64,000 bases of DNA from Streptosporangiaceae bacterium (GTDB taxonomy: Bacteria; Actinomycetota; Actinomycetes; Streptosporangiales; Streptosporangiaceae): the NCBI GenBank assembly GCA_036501205.1, contig DASYAT010000066.1, forward strand, positions 42,745 to 106,744, given 5' to 3'. The translations under genes were made by a program, and so were the position numbers. How positions within the stretch are numbered: position 1 is the stretch's first letter; each line of letters begins with the position of its first letter. Under the pieces are notes generated by a model. The model was not told where the DNA came from. It saw only the letters and a program-made list of their open reading frames with translations, and did not search any database. Shown in pieces: positions 27,658 to 37,842 of this stretch.

Positions 27658-28461
27658 ATGCCCACTCAAGGAGGTTGTGTGCTACTGACCGATGCACCCG
27701 AGCGACTGCTTGACCGGGTACGCAAGCTACTGGCCCAGGCTGAGGACGACGCGGTCACCCCCGCCGAGGCGCAGGCCTTCACCGCCAAGGCAGCTGAGCT
27801 CATGGCCAAGTACGGCATCGACAGAGCGCTGCTCGCGGCTGATCAGCCAGAGACTGATCAGCCAGCCAACCGGATTCTTGATATCGACAACCCCTGGGCG
27901 AGGGAGAAGGCGCACCTGGTCTGCGGCCTCGCCTCCGCACTGCGCTGCCAGTGCATCCTGCTGAACGGCGCCCGCCCGGGAAGTCGGGTGCACATCTTCG
28001 GCTTTGGCTCTGACATCGAACGCACCGACCTCCTATACACCTCGGTGCTCATCCAGATGGCACACGGGCTGGCCGGAGCCCGGGTCCCCGACTGGAGCAG
28101 CAGCCCCCGCGCCTGGCGCCGCAGCTGGCTCCTGGGGTTCGCGACGGCTGTGATCGCCCGGGTACGGCAAGCCGAGCACGGCGCGGTGACCGTGGCTACC
28201 AGCGGCGCCAGCCACAACTCCGACCGCACCGCGATCGTGCTGGCCGACCGCTCCGTCGTAATCCGCCAGCAAGTCGAGCAGGCCTACCCGGTCACTAGAA
28301 AGGCCAGAGTCACCTACAGCGGCAGCGGCTACCGCGACGGCTACGAACGCGGCCAGCGCGCCGACCTCGGCGGCACTCGCCTCTCCCGCCAGCAAGGCCG
28401 GTCCCTGGCAGCCGCCAAGGGCACCACCCGACCGTCCGGCGGCCAGAGCCCCCTCTTCTAG
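27658..28461 (+). CDS. DUF2786 domain-containing protein
   Basis: ..LLDRVRKLLAQAEDDAVTPAEAQAFTAKAAELMAKYGID.. is the DUF2786 signature as I remember it. The start is uncertain. Confidence 0.6.
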   Translation: MPTQGGCVLLTDAPERLLDRVRKLLAQAEDDAVTPAEAQAFTAKAAELMAKYGIDRALLAADQPETDQPANRILDIDNPWAREKAHLVCGLASALRCQCILLNGARPGSRVHIFGFGSDIERTDLLYTSVLIQMAHGLAGARVPDWSSSPRAWRRSWLLGFATAVIARVRQAEHGAVTVATSGASHNSDRTAIVLADRSVVIRQQVEQAYPVTRKARVTYSGSGYRDGYERGQRADLGGTRLSRQQGRSLAAAKGTTRPSGGQSPLF

Positions 28462-28508
28462 CCCGCTCGCGGAGCCCACTGACCGAGCGCTACGCAGATC
28501 TCGTCCGC

Positions 28509-29951
28509 TCAGCGATGGGCTCCAGCTCGCAGTAGCGCTACGAAGATCGCGTCGGTGCCGTGCCGGTGCGGCCAGAACTGGGCGTATCTCGAGTATGGCT
28601 CCGGGCAGCGAAGGTCGGGGACGTCGCCGAGGACGGCCGGGGCGTCGAGCACCTCGATGCCGCTTCGCGCTGCAAGCACGCCCGCCAGCACCTGCCTGGT
28701 CTCCGCCAGATGCGGAGAACAGGTCACATATCCCACCACGCCGCCAGGACGGACGGCATCGATGGCGGCGGTGAGCAGGCCGCGCTGCAGCCCGCCGAGC
28801 GCGACAAGGTCATCGGGCTGGCGCCGCCACCTGACCTCTGGCCGACGCCGCAAACTGCCCAGCCCTGAGCAGGGAACGTCCGCGAGCACTCGATCAAAGG
28901 CGCCTGCCCGCCACGCGGACGCCGTCCCGTCAGCCACCACCACCCGCGCCATCGACTCATGCCTGTGACCAAGAGCAGCATCCAAGGCGTCGAACGCGGA
29001 CCGGACGAGATCGGCCCGGTGCTTGTGCACGTCAATGGCGAGCAGCCGCGCGCCTTGCTCGGCGGCTAGTCCGGCCAGAAGCCTGGCCTTGCCGCCAGGT
29101 CCCGCACACAGATCGAGCCAGCGCTGCCCATCACCCCGCGCACTGACCTTGGCGAGGGCGTAGGCGGCGAGTTGGCTGGCTTCGTCCTGCACTCCGGCCC
29201 GGCCGTCGGCCACGGCGGTGATCTCGCCTGGATCACCGTGGCTGAGGTAGGCGCCGAATGGTGACCACCGGGCCGCTGCCGCACCGGACGCGACGAGTTC
29301 GGCTGGCTCGGCGAGTCCTGGCACTGTCGCCAGGTGCACGATCGGGCGGCTGGAGTCGGCCGCTAGCGCGGCCTCGGTCTGCTCAGTGCCGGCTGACCCA
29401 GGCCCGCCCGCACCGGTCAGGTCCTCTCCCAGCGCGTCCGCGATCGCGGTGACCATCCAGCGCGGATGGCTATACCTGACCGACAGGTGCCCGGTCAGGT
29501 CCTTCGACCGGTCAGGGGCCGCGATCTGGATCCAGGACTCGAGGTCGCGCGGCGCGATCCGGCGCAGCACCGCGTTCGCGAAACCCGAGGGCCGCCGGCC
29601 GACCACCTCGATCACCAGATCCACCGTGGTCGCGACGGCCGCGTGCGATTTGATCCGCATGCCGAGCAACTGATGCGCGCCAAGCCGCAGAGCGTCGAGT
29701 ACGGCCGGATCGATCTGATCGATCGGCCGGTCCGCGCACAGGCTGATGATCGCGTCATAGCAACCCCGGTTCCGCAGCGTGCCGTAGACCAGCTCGGTCG
29801 CCAGAGCCGCGTCCTTACCGTGCAGGTCCGCGTCGCGCAGGGCCGAGGTGAGCAGCAGGTTGGCGTAGGCGTCCCGGCTGCTCACGGCCGACAGCACCGA
29901 GTAGGCGGTCAGCCTGACCCGGTCGGTGCGCTGGCGCACAGCGTTAGCCAT
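28509..29951 (-). CDS. rsmB: 16S rRNA (cytosine967-C5)-methyltransferase
   Basis: NusB-like N-terminal domain plus a SAM methyltransferase domain (..LDLCAGPGGK..DRVLADVPCSGLG..TCS..). It is positioned after fmt. Confidence 0.9.
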   Translation of the reverse strand: MANAVRQRTDRVRLTAYSVLSAVSSRDAYANLLLTSALRDADLHGKDAALATELVYGTLRNRGCYDAIISLCADRPIDQIDPAVLDALRLGAHQLLGMRIKSHAAVATTVDLVIEVVGRRPSGFANAVLRRIAPRDLESWIQIAAPDRSKDLTGHLSVRYSHPRWMVTAIADALGEDLTGAGGPGSAGTEQTEAALAADSSRPIVHLATVPGLAEPAELVASGAAAARWSPFGAYLSHGDPGEITAVADGRAGVQDEASQLAAYALAKVSARGDGQRWLDLCAGPGGKARLLAGLAAEQGARLLAIDVHKHRADLVRSAFDALDAALGHRHESMARVVVADGTASAWRAGAFDRVLADVPCSGLGSLRRRPEVRWRRQPDDLVALGGLQRGLLTAAIDAVRPGGVVGYVTCSPHLAETRQVLAGVLAARSGIEVLDAPAVLGDVPDLRCPEPYSRYAQFWPHRHGTDAIFVALLRAGAHR

Positions 29952-29990
29952 CAGCGTCCACCACCAGCGTCAGCCACATAGGTGACCACA

Positions 29991-30959
29991 TCAGTCGACG
30001 ATCAGCGGGCGGCCGGTGTTCGCGATCCCGCGAGCCCAGTCGACGGCGGGCATCCGCCGCTTGCCCTCTAGCTGGACGTCGGACAGTTCGACCGGCACCG
30101 TCCCTGTCCCGACCAGCACCCGGGAACCGGCCACCGCGATCTCCCCCGGCCCGCAGTGCCCGGGCCCGCAGTCCCCCGGCCCGGACTGCGGCGCACCGGA
30201 TCCGCCGGCGACCGGCTTGACCGGCCAGATCTTCAGGTTCGCGCCGTGGAACGTCGTCCACGCCCCTGGCGCCGGGGTGCAGGCCCGGATCAGGCGGTCG
30301 ACCGCGAGCGCGGGCAGTTTCCAGGCGACCCTGGCGTCGGACTTGACCAGCTTGGGAGCCATCGAGATCCCGTCACTCGGCTGCTCCCTGGCCGCCAGCT
30401 CGCCTGACTCGATCCCGTCGAGCGTGGCGACCAGCAGCTCGGCGCCGGATACGCTCAGCCGCTCAAGCAGGTCACCGGCCGTGTCGACCGGCCCGATCGG
30501 CTCGGTGAGCACCCCGTAGACCGGACCGGCGTCGAGCTCGGCGACCAGGCTGAAGGTGGTCGCGCCGGTGATCTCGTCGCCGTGCAGGATCGCGTGCGGC
30601 ACCGGGGCGGCTCCCCGCCAAGCGGGCAGCACCGAGAAATGCAGGTTCACCCAGCCGTGCGGCGGGATCGCCAGCGCCTTGCCGGGGATCAGCGCGCCGT
30701 AGGCGACCACCGGGCAGCAGTCGGGAGCGAGTTCGGCCAGCCGCGCCAGAAACTCGGGCTCCGACGGCCGGCCAGGTCGCAGCACCTCGATCCCGGCGTC
30801 GGCGGCGTGCCGGGCGATCGGGCTCGCAGAGACCCGCCGGCCGCGCCCAGCCGGAGCGTCCGGCCTGGACACGACCGCGACCACTTCGTGCTTGGAGTTG
30901 AGCAGGGCGGTCAGCGAAGGCACGGCCGTCGCGGGGGTGCCGGCGAACACTAGGCGCAT
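29991..30959 (-). CDS. fmt: methionyl-tRNA formyltransferase
   Basis: MRLVFAGTP...[17 protein letters not shown].. is canonical. Confidence 0.95.
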   Translation of the reverse strand: MRLVFAGTPATAVPSLTALLNSKHEVVAVVSRPDAPAGRGRRVSASPIARHAADAGIEVLRPGRPSEPEFLARLAELAPDCCPVVAYGALIPGKALAIPPHGWVNLHFSVLPAWRGAAPVPHAILHGDEITGATTFSLVAELDAGPVYGVLTEPIGPVDTAGDLLERLSVSGAELLVATLDGIESGELAAREQPSDGISMAPKLVKSDARVAWKLPALAVDRLIRACTPAPGAWTTFHGANLKIWPVKPVAGGSGAPQSGPGDCGPGHCGPGEIAVAGSRVLVGTGTVPVELSDVQLEGKRRMPAVDWARGIANTGRPLIVD

Positions 30960-30962
30960 CAG

Positions 30963-31514
30963 CTACAGGGCCTTGCCGTGCATCAGGTGCGGCGAGACCT
31001 TCACGGCGGGCAGCGGCTCGCCCCACCATTCGGACGCCCGGACCTCTTTCATCGCCAGCTTGCGCTGGTCGGCATCGAGCCGGTCGATGAAGAGCACGCC
31101 GTCCAGGTGATCGGTCTCATGCTGCACGCACCGGGCCAGCAGGCCGCTGCCCTCGATCGTCACCGGCTCGCCGTGCATGTTGAAGCCGCGCGCCACCACG
31201 CCGAACGAGCGCTTGGTCGGGAAGGCCAGACCGGGAAACGACAGGCACCCCTCGTCGTCGGTCTCCTCATCACCGGACAGGTCGAGGTCGGGGTTGATCA
31301 GGTGGCCCAGCTCATCGTCGACGAAGTAGGTGAACACCCGGAGCCCGACTCCGAGCTGCGGAGCCGCGAGCCCGAGGCCGGGCGCGTCCTGCATGGTGTC
31401 GGTGAGGTCGGCGACCAGCTTGCGCAACTCCGCGTCGAACACCGTGACGGGATCGGCGGCCGTGCGGAGCACGGGATCCCCGAACAAGCGGATCGGCTTA
31501 ATACTCACCGGCAT
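30963..31514 (-). CDS. def: peptide deformylase
   Basis: Motifs GLAAPQLG, EGCLSFPG and QHETDHLDG. The start is set at ATG 31514 (MPVSIKPIRLFGDPVL), preceded by GGAGGA; the track start is 31565. Confidence 0.93.
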   Translation of the reverse strand: MPVSIKPIRLFGDPVLRTAADPVTVFDAELRKLVADLTDTMQDAPGLGLAAPQLGVGLRVFTYFVDDELGHLINPDLDLSGDEETDDEGCLSFPGLAFPTKRSFGVVARGFNMHGEPVTIEGSGLLARCVQHETDHLDGVLFIDRLDADQRKLAMKEVRASEWWGEPLPAVKVSPHLMHGKAL

Positions 31515-31545
31515 TCCTCCAGATAGCTCACCGGCATTCCTCCAG
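31504..31545 (-). repeat. 19-nt direct duplication of the def RBS/start region
   Basis: ctcaccggcattcctccag occurs at 31504-31522 and again at 31527-31545. On the coding strand this is CTGGAGGAATGCCGGTGAG twice. Confidence 0.85.
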
Positions 31546-31666
31546 GCACTCGACCCCGAGCGCAAGGCGCGCGATCGGGAATACTTCAGTCTACGAAGCC
31601 GAACCGGCCGCCTGGCTCAGTTAGCCAGCCGGCCCTGGTCTACTCGGCACTGACTTGGGCGCGGCC

Positions 31667-33151
31667 TCAGTCCGTGCTGGCGGCCGGCGAGCGCGCCTTG
31701 AACGCCGCCTTCCTAGCCGCCCTGGCCACGCTGGGGTCTGGATGGTGATCGCTCAGCGCGGTCAGCAGGTCGGTCACGCCTGGATGGTTCACCTGCCACA
31801 GCCCGGACACGATCTCGACCTGGTCCTCGGGCGGCAAGCTAGGCAGCAACTCGGCGACGACATCGGCCGGGTTGGCCTCCTCGAGCAGGCCGGCCCCGAG
31901 GTCGACCAGCAGCCAGGTGCGATCCGCCGCGTCAAGCCGCACGTCCTCACCATGTTCGAGCAGCCAGACGGCGGCGTGCGCGCGCAGCAGCGGATCCGAC
32001 TGCGCCTGCTTGACCTCCTCGAGCGCGGCCACGCCGACCCGGTCGAGCACCGCGAACGCCGCCCCGCGCTGACCAGGTGAGCCGGCCGCGGCGGCCGCGA
32101 TCAGCTCGGCCGCCGCCGTCGCCGGATCCCTGGCGGCCAGCCAGGTCGTGATCTCGGCTTCGCCGTCTTCGGCGTCGCAGTCCGCGAGCGCGGCGAGCAG
32201 CCCGCTGGCGTCGAACTTGGCCGCCGCACCGAGCACCGGCACGTGCCAGCCCTGAGCCCGAAGCCGGCGGTGCACGCCCCAGGTACCCAGCGGGGACAGC
32301 GCCACCGTGAGGCTGCCGTCCGAGTCCTCGGTACCCAGCTCGACGACCGCGAGGTCGGCCAGAGTCTCCAGGGCCAGCGAAAGCGCGGCGCTCTGATCGC
32401 GAACAGACCAGTCAGAATCGGCGTCCTGACCAGCTCCGCCGCTGGCGGCCTCCGGCGCGGCCGCGCTCCGGCCGCTCGCCCCCGTCCCGGCCGCTGAGGT
32501 GTAGGCGTCAAATAGCCCGTCGATGCCGACCGGGCCGCCGACCGTGTAGAGGGCGGTCGCGATTCCGTCGAGCTCCTCCGAGGCCAGGATCACCGCGAGA
32601 GCGGTGTCCCAGACATTGAGCACCGCCTCTGACGACCCGTGTCCGAGCACGCCTGACAGCCCAGAACCGGGCTTGATCTTCCCCGCCTTGGTCTTCTCCT
32701 GGCCCTTCTCCGGCTCCTTCTCAGGCTGAGCTTTCTCCTGGCCGGTAGCGCTCCTGGCGGCCAGTACGACCTGCCAGGCCGCGACCACCTCGCGCGGCGC
32801 CAGGTCAAGCTCAGACGCGGCCACCGCCGTCATCGACGGCTCCAGCTCGCTGGCAGCGTCCACGCTGCGCTGACCGGCGACCCATTCGTCCAGGTCGCGG
32901 GCAGCCCGCAGCAGCGGAGCGACCCTTGCTAGCCCGGCGAGGTCGTCCCTGGGTGCCAGCCGCACCGAGGGCAGTCTTCTGGCCCGTTCGACGCGATCAC
33001 CGCCCCAGCTGATTAGGTCGGCAGGCTGCACGGTCGCCGCGCCACCGACTTGCGTGTGGGGGTCTGCGCCGGAGGAACCACGCTGCGCGCCCGCGCCGTG
33101 CTGACTCCCAGCACCGCGCGGCGGGCCCGGCCTCTGCGTTGAACTTGCCAC
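31667..33151 (-). CDS. hypothetical protein (Ala-rich, acidic, 494 aa)
   Basis: Long ORF with coding-like GC3, co-directional between priA and def. I did not recognise a family. Confidence 0.6.
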   Translation of the reverse strand: MASSTQRPGPPRGAGSQHGAGAQRGSSGADPHTQVGGAATVQPADLISWGGDRVERARRLPSVRLAPRDDLAGLARVAPLLRAARDLDEWVAGQRSVDAASELEPSMTAVAASELDLAPREVVAAWQVVLAARSATGQEKAQPEKEPEKGQEKTKAGKIKPGSGLSGVLGHGSSEAVLNVWDTALAVILASEELDGIATALYTVGGPVGIDGLFDAYTSAAGTGASGRSAAAPEAASGGAGQDADSDWSVRDQSAALSLALETLADLAVVELGTEDSDGSLTVALSPLGTWGVHRRLRAQGWHVPVLGAAAKFDASGLLAALADCDAEDGEAEITTWLAARDPATAAAELIAAAAAGSPGQRGAAFAVLDRVGVAALEEVKQAQSDPLLRAHAAVWLLEHGEDVRLDAADRTWLLVDLGAGLLEEANPADVVAELLPSLPPEDQVEIVSGLWQVNHPGVTDLLTALSDHHPDPSVARAARKAAFKARSPAASTD

Positions 33152-33182
33152 TCAAGCACCTTATGGCCTGGGCGGCAGTACG

Positions 33183-35306
33183 TCAGATCAGCTCGGCCGG
33201 GTCAAGCTGAACTCGCACCGTTCCTGCCTCCTTGCGCGCGCTCCGATCGGCCAGTCCGGCCCGCAGCGCGATCGCCAGCTCAGTACCGGCTGACCAGGGC
33301 GCCCTGACCAGGTAGCGCACGGTCGGCGAGGACTCGTCAGCCTCATCCAAAGCCACGTCAACCGGGCCGAGAACCTCGCTATCTGACGGCAGGCAAACGG
33401 CGCCGAGCAAGCCAGTTACCGCGCCGGCGGGCCCGGACAGCGCCGCCATCCTGACCGCCGGCGGGAACCGCAGCTGGGTCCGCTCCGCCAGTTCCCGGTC
33501 GGCGTGGGTGGCCGCGTCCCACCGGATCATCGCCTGCACCGCGAGCACGGCCGGGTCAGCCATCAGCACGACCTTGCCCCCGGCTGGCCCGGGGCGAACC
33601 AGAGCGGCCGCGTTCATCCACCGGCGCAGCGCCTCCTGCGCCGCACGCAGGCTCGGGCGGCCGAGCAGCGCCCAGCCGTCAAGCAGCACCGCCGCTGCGT
33701 AGCCGTCCGGCGCGGGCGGCTCGGCACCGGGTGTCGCGATGACCAGCGCTGGCTCGGCCCCGACCCGGCGCAGCACGTTCGCCCCGCTTGAAGTCAGCAC
33801 CGGCACACCGGGAAACGCCCGGCCGAGCTCCTCAGCGGTCCGCCGAGCACCGGTGACCAGCGCCCGCAGCCCAGCGTTCCCGCAGGTCACGCACGTCTGC
33901 TGCCATGCGGCCTGCGGATTGCCGTCCGCAGACCGCACGGCCGGTGCTTGCCCGCCCAGGGTCAGCCCGCACCAGCCGCAGCGCAAAGGCTGCCCTGGCC
34001 CTGGCAGCGCCACCGGCCCGGCACAGGTACCGCACCTGATCCGCTCACCGCAGCGCCGGCAGGCCACCGCGGCCAGGTAGCCGCGCCGCGGCACCTGGAC
34101 CAGCACCGGCCCGGCCCCCAGCGCGTCCCTGGCGGTCCGCAGCGCCAACCCGGGAATCCGCGCCGTCCGCGCCGCTTCGTCCCTGGCCAGTTCGGAATCA
34201 TCACCGGCGGTGCGGACGGCAGGCGCGAGTTGCCTGATCGTTTCCCGCGAGGCCACCAGCGGCCGAGCCCAGTCACTGGCCACCAGCGCCGCGGCCTCGG
34301 CGGTGCGGGCGAACCCGCCGATCAGCATCGCCGCCGCTTGCCGGTGCGCCCTGAGCAGCAAGACGTCCCTGGCGTGCGGATAAGGCGCCCGAGGCTCAGC
34401 GTGCAGATCGTCGCCATCGTCCCAGATCACTGCGAGCCCCAGCTCGGCTACCGGGGCGAACATGGCCGACCGGGCGCCGACGACGACGCTCACCTGCCCG
34501 CGCAGCACGGACAGCCAGCGGCGATACCGCTCGGCCGGTCCGAGCTGGGCGGCGAGGCTGACGAACGCTTTCTCCCCCAGGACCGCCGTCATCGCGTCGG
34601 AGACCAGCTCCAGATCGCGGGCGTCGGGCACTACGACGAGCGTTCCGCGCCCGGCGGCGAGCGTAGCGGCGGCCGCCTGAGCGATCTCGACGGGCCAGTC
34701 CTGGCCGGGCAGCGCCGCCCAGACGCCGTGCGGCGTCCGGCCGGCCGCGACCGCGGCCAGGAACGACGGCCCGGTCGGATAGCGCCCCCACAGCCCGGGT
34801 CCATCGCCAGCCGGGGCCGGGCCCGGCGGCGAGTCCGGCTGGCCGCCGGAGCCATCCTCAGCGGCCGCGGCCGCCCCCTCAGCCTCGGCCTTAGCGTGCC
34901 GAGGCGGAATCGCCAGCCGCAGCACGTCGGCAACGGTCCCCCCGTACCGGTCCGCGACCGCGCGGGCAAGCCCGGCGATCTCCGGGGTCAGGACGGGTTC
35001 GCTGGAGACGACCCGGTCAAGGAAGGCGATGCGACCCTGGTGGTTGCTTTCTCCCACTCGCTCGATCAGAAAGCCAGCGGTAAGCCGACCAGAAAACCTG
35101 ACCTTAACCCGGCATCCGGGCTTTGCCTGGTCAGTCAGGCCCTCAGGGACCAGGTAGTCGAAAAACCGGTCAAGGTGCGGCAGCGCGACATCGACGGCAA
35201 CCCGGGCGACCGGCAACTCGGCCGCCGCAACCGGCTCGGCCTTGCGTGCCCGCGGTGCTTGCCCGGGGGGACGACCCCCCGCAGCCCCCCGCGATGCCGA
35301 TGTCAC
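33183..35306 (-). CDS. priA: primosomal protein N' (PriA), actinobacterial type
   Basis: Length, position upstream of metK, and the Cys-rich zinc region (CRRCGERIRCGTCAG...CGWCG...CVTCGN) fit PriA. Classical helicase motifs I and II are not evident. Confidence 0.85.
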   Translation of the reverse strand: MTSASRGAAGGRPPGQAPRARKAEPVAAAELPVARVAVDVALPHLDRFFDYLVPEGLTDQAKPGCRVKVRFSGRLTAGFLIERVGESNHQGRIAFLDRVVSSEPVLTPEIAGLARAVADRYGGTVADVLRLAIPPRHAKAEAEGAAAAAEDGSGGQPDSPPGPAPAGDGPGLWGRYPTGPSFLAAVAAGRTPHGVWAALPGQDWPVEIAQAAAATLAAGRGTLVVVPDARDLELVSDAMTAVLGEKAFVSLAAQLGPAERYRRWLSVLRGQVSVVVGARSAMFAPVAELGLAVIWDDGDDLHAEPRAPYPHARDVLLLRAHRQAAAMLIGGFARTAEAAALVASDWARPLVASRETIRQLAPAVRTAGDDSELARDEAARTARIPGLALRTARDALGAGPVLVQVPRRGYLAAVACRRCGERIRCGTCAGPVALPGPGQPLRCGWCGLTLGGQAPAVRSADGNPQAAWQQTCVTCGNAGLRALVTGARRTAEELGRAFPGVPVLTSSGANVLRRVGAEPALVIATPGAEPPAPDGYAAAVLLDGWALLGRPSLRAAQEALRRWMNAAALVRPGPAGGKVVLMADPAVLAVQAMIRWDAATHADRELAERTQLRFPPAVRMAALSGPAGAVTGLLGAVCLPSDSEVLGPVDVALDEADESSPTVRYLVRAPWSAGTELAIALRAGLADRSARKEAGTVRVQLDPAELI
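35255..35292 (-). repeat. G/C hairpin element copy (reverse orientation) overlapping the priA 5' end
   Basis: gtgcttgcccggggggacgaccccccgcagccccccgc. On the priA coding strand it encodes ..RGAAGGRPPGQAP... Confidence 0.7.
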
Positions 35307-35315
35307 CGTCTGACG

Positions 35316-36509
35316 TTACAACCCGGCAGCCACCCTGAGCGCCTCGGTCTTCTCGATGCGCTCCCAGGGGAACTCGACGTCGTCCCGACCGAAATGCCCG
35401 TAACTGGCGGTCTGCGCGTAGATCGGCTTGAGCAGCTCAAGGTCGCGGATGATCGCGGCCGGCCGCAGGTCGAACACCTCGAGCACCGCGTCCTGGATCC
35501 GCTCGATCGGGACGATCTCGGTGCCGAAGCACTCGACGAACAGGCCGACCGGCTTGGCCTTGCCGATCGCGTACGCGACCTGGGTCTCGCACCGCTCGGC
35601 CAGACCAGCCGCGACCACGTTCTTCGCGACCCAGCGCATGGCGTAGGCACCGCTGCGGTCGACCTTGGACGGGTCCTTGCCAGAGAACGCGCCGCCGCCG
35701 TGCCTGGCCATGCCACCGTAGGTGTCGATGATGATCTTCCGGCCGGTCAGGCCCGCGTCTCCCATCGGGCCGCCGACCTCGAACCGGCCGGTGGGGTTGA
35801 CCAGCAGCCGGTAGTTCGAGCAGTCCAGCTCAAGTGCCGCGACGACCGGCTTGACCACGCGTTCCTCGATGTCGGGTTGCAGCAGCGCCTTAAGGTCGAT
35901 CGCGGGCGCGTGCTGGGTGGAGACGACGATCGTGTCGAGCCTGACCGGCTCGTTGCCGGCGTACTCGATCGTCACCTGGGTCTTGCCGTCCGGCCTGATG
36001 TAGGGGATGTCGCCGTTCTTGCGTACCTCGGCCAGCCGCCTGGACAGCCGGTGCGCCAGCGTGATCGGCAGCGGCATCAGCTCGGCCGTCTCCCGGCACG
36101 CGTAGCCGAACATCAGCCCCTGGTCACCGGCACCCTGCCGGTCGAGCTCGTCGTCGCCTTCGCCTTCGCGGTGCTCGTAGGCGTGGGTGACGCCCTGGGC
36201 GATGTCGGGTGACTGCGACCCGATCGATACGGAAACGCCGCAGGACGCGCCATCAAATCCCTTGGCCGACGAGTCGTACCCGATCTCCAGGATCTTCGCC
36301 CTGATCAGGCCGGGGATGTCGACGTAAGTGTCGGTGGTGACCTCGCCCGCGACGTGCACCTGGCCCGTTGTGATGAGCGTCTCGACCGCTACCCGGCTGC
36401 GCGGGTCTCCGCCGATCATCGCGTCGAGGATGGTGTCACTGATCTGGTCGGCGATCTTGTCGGGATGGCCTTCTGTGACTGACTCAGAAGTGAACAGGCG
36501 ACGAGCCAC
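35316..36509 (-). CDS. metK: S-adenosylmethionine synthetase
   Basis: ..[42 protein letters not shown].. is canonical. Confidence 0.97.
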   Translation of the reverse strand: MARRLFTSESVTEGHPDKIADQISDTILDAMIGGDPRSRVAVETLITTGQVHVAGEVTTDTYVDIPGLIRAKILEIGYDSSAKGFDGASCGVSVSIGSQSPDIAQGVTHAYEHREGEGDDELDRQGAGDQGLMFGYACRETAELMPLPITLAHRLSRRLAEVRKNGDIPYIRPDGKTQVTIEYAGNEPVRLDTIVVSTQHAPAIDLKALLQPDIEERVVKPVVAALELDCSNYRLLVNPTGRFEVGGPMGDAGLTGRKIIIDTYGGMARHGGGAFSGKDPSKVDRSGAYAMRWVAKNVVAAGLAERCETQVAYAIGKAKPVGLFVECFGTEIVPIERIQDAVLEVFDLRPAAIIRDLELLKPIYAQTASYGHFGRDDVEFPWERIEKTEALRVAAGL

Positions 36510-36620
36510 GTGGCTACCTTCCTCGAAGTGGGACTTCGCCGAAGTTTAACGGCGCGTCCGTTGTGTCCGGCGCTATGGCCGGTCCGCGGCCCCGTGGCGC
36601 GCGATTAGCAACACGGCGGC

Positions 36621-37817
36621 TCACCCGAGCCTGCCCGCAACGAGGTCCCAGATCACCTCGGCGAGCTGTTCCTTGGGCCCGAGCGGCACCGAAGTCTGCT
36701 GGCCGTCTGAAGCCAGGATCTCGGCCGCGTTGTCGGCCGTGCCGAACGCCCGGCCGTCGCCGACCTGGTTCATCACGATCAGGTCGCAGCCCTTGGCCGC
36801 GAGCTTGGCCCGACCGTTCGCGATCAGGTCACCGGTCTCGGCGCCGAACCCCACGATCACCTGACCCGCCCGCCTCCGGCCCGTCGACAGCTCGCGGAGA
36901 ATGTCGGGATTCTCGGTCAGCTCGATCGGACCGGGCGAGCCGGCGTTCTTCTTCAGCTTGACCTCGCTCCTGACCGACGGCCGGTAGTCAGCGACCGCTG
37001 CCGCCATCACGATCGCGTCGGCGTCGGGCGCGGCGGCGAGCATCGCCTCGCGGAGCTGGCGGGCCGACCGGACCTGGACCACCGCGACGCCGGCCGGGTC
37101 GGGCAGCCCGGTGTTGGCCGCCACCAGCGTGACCCGCGCGCCCCGAGCCGCCGCGACCGCCGCCAGCGCGTAGCCCTGCAGCCCGGAAGACCAGTTGCCG
37201 ATGAAGCGGACCGGATCGATTTCTTCTCTGGTCCCGCCGGCCGAGACCGCCACCTCGCGCCCGGCCAGGTCCGGCGTTAGCGCGGCGCTGCCCCGGTTAA
37301 GCACTCTTTTTACGGTGAGAAAAATTTGCGCGGGCTCTGGCAGCCGGCCAGGACCACTGTCGGCTCCGGTCAGTCGCCCGGAGGCCGGCTCGAGCACGAT
37401 CGCCCCGCGCGACCGCAGCGTTGCGACGTTCGCCACCGTGGCCGGGTGCCGCCACATCTCGGTGTGCATGGCGGGCACGAACATGACCGGGCACCGCGCG
37501 GTCAGCAGCACGTTGGTGAGCAGATCGGGGGCGAGTCCGGTCGCGGCCCGCGCCAGCAGGTCAGCGGTGGCCGGCGCGACCAGCACTAGGTCGGCCTCCT
37601 GCCCGAGCCGCACATGCTGCACCTGCGAGACCTGCTCCCACGCGCTGGTGCTAACCGGGTGGCCGGACAGGGCTTCCCAGGTCGCGGCGCCGACGAAGTG
37701 CAGCGAATCGGGCGTAGGGACGACGAGGACCTGATGACCAGACTCAGTGAGCAGCCTGAGCAGCTCACAGACCTTGTAGGCGGCGATTCCAGCGCCTACC
37801 CCAAGTACAACGCGCAT
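36621..37817 (-). CDS. coaBC: bifunctional phosphopantothenoylcysteine decarboxylase / phosphopantothenate-cysteine ligase
   Basis: The flavoprotein N-terminal half (MRVVLGVGAGIAAYK) and the CoaB C-terminal half (..SSGLQG..AAVADY..) are both present. Confidence 0.95.
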   Translation of the reverse strand: MRVVLGVGAGIAAYKVCELLRLLTESGHQVLVVPTPDSLHFVGAATWEALSGHPVSTSAWEQVSQVQHVRLGQEADLVLVAPATADLLARAATGLAPDLLTNVLLTARCPVMFVPAMHTEMWRHPATVANVATLRSRGAIVLEPASGRLTGADSGPGRLPEPAQIFLTVKRVLNRGSAALTPDLAGREVAVSAGGTREEIDPVRFIGNWSSGLQGYALAAVAAARGARVTLVAANTGLPDPAGVAVVQVRSARQLREAMLAAAPDADAIVMAAAVADYRPSVRSEVKLKKNAGSPGPIELTENPDILRELSTGRRRAGQVIVGFGAETGDLIANGRAKLAAKGCDLIVMNQVGDGRAFGTADNAAEILASDGQQTSVPLGPKEQLAEVIWDLVAGRLG

Positions 37818-37842
37818 CAGGGACCCGCCGGAGCGAGGGGCG

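Noticed and set aside
33948-36212. 754-aa plus-strand ORF.
   Set aside because: It is antisense to the well-supported priA and metK genes. Its Arg/Pro/Gly-rich composition is typical of shadow ORFs in high-GC DNA.
36510-36620. SAM riboswitch upstream of metK.
   Set aside because: I could not find any conserved SAM-I or SAM-IV segments in the 110-nt leader.
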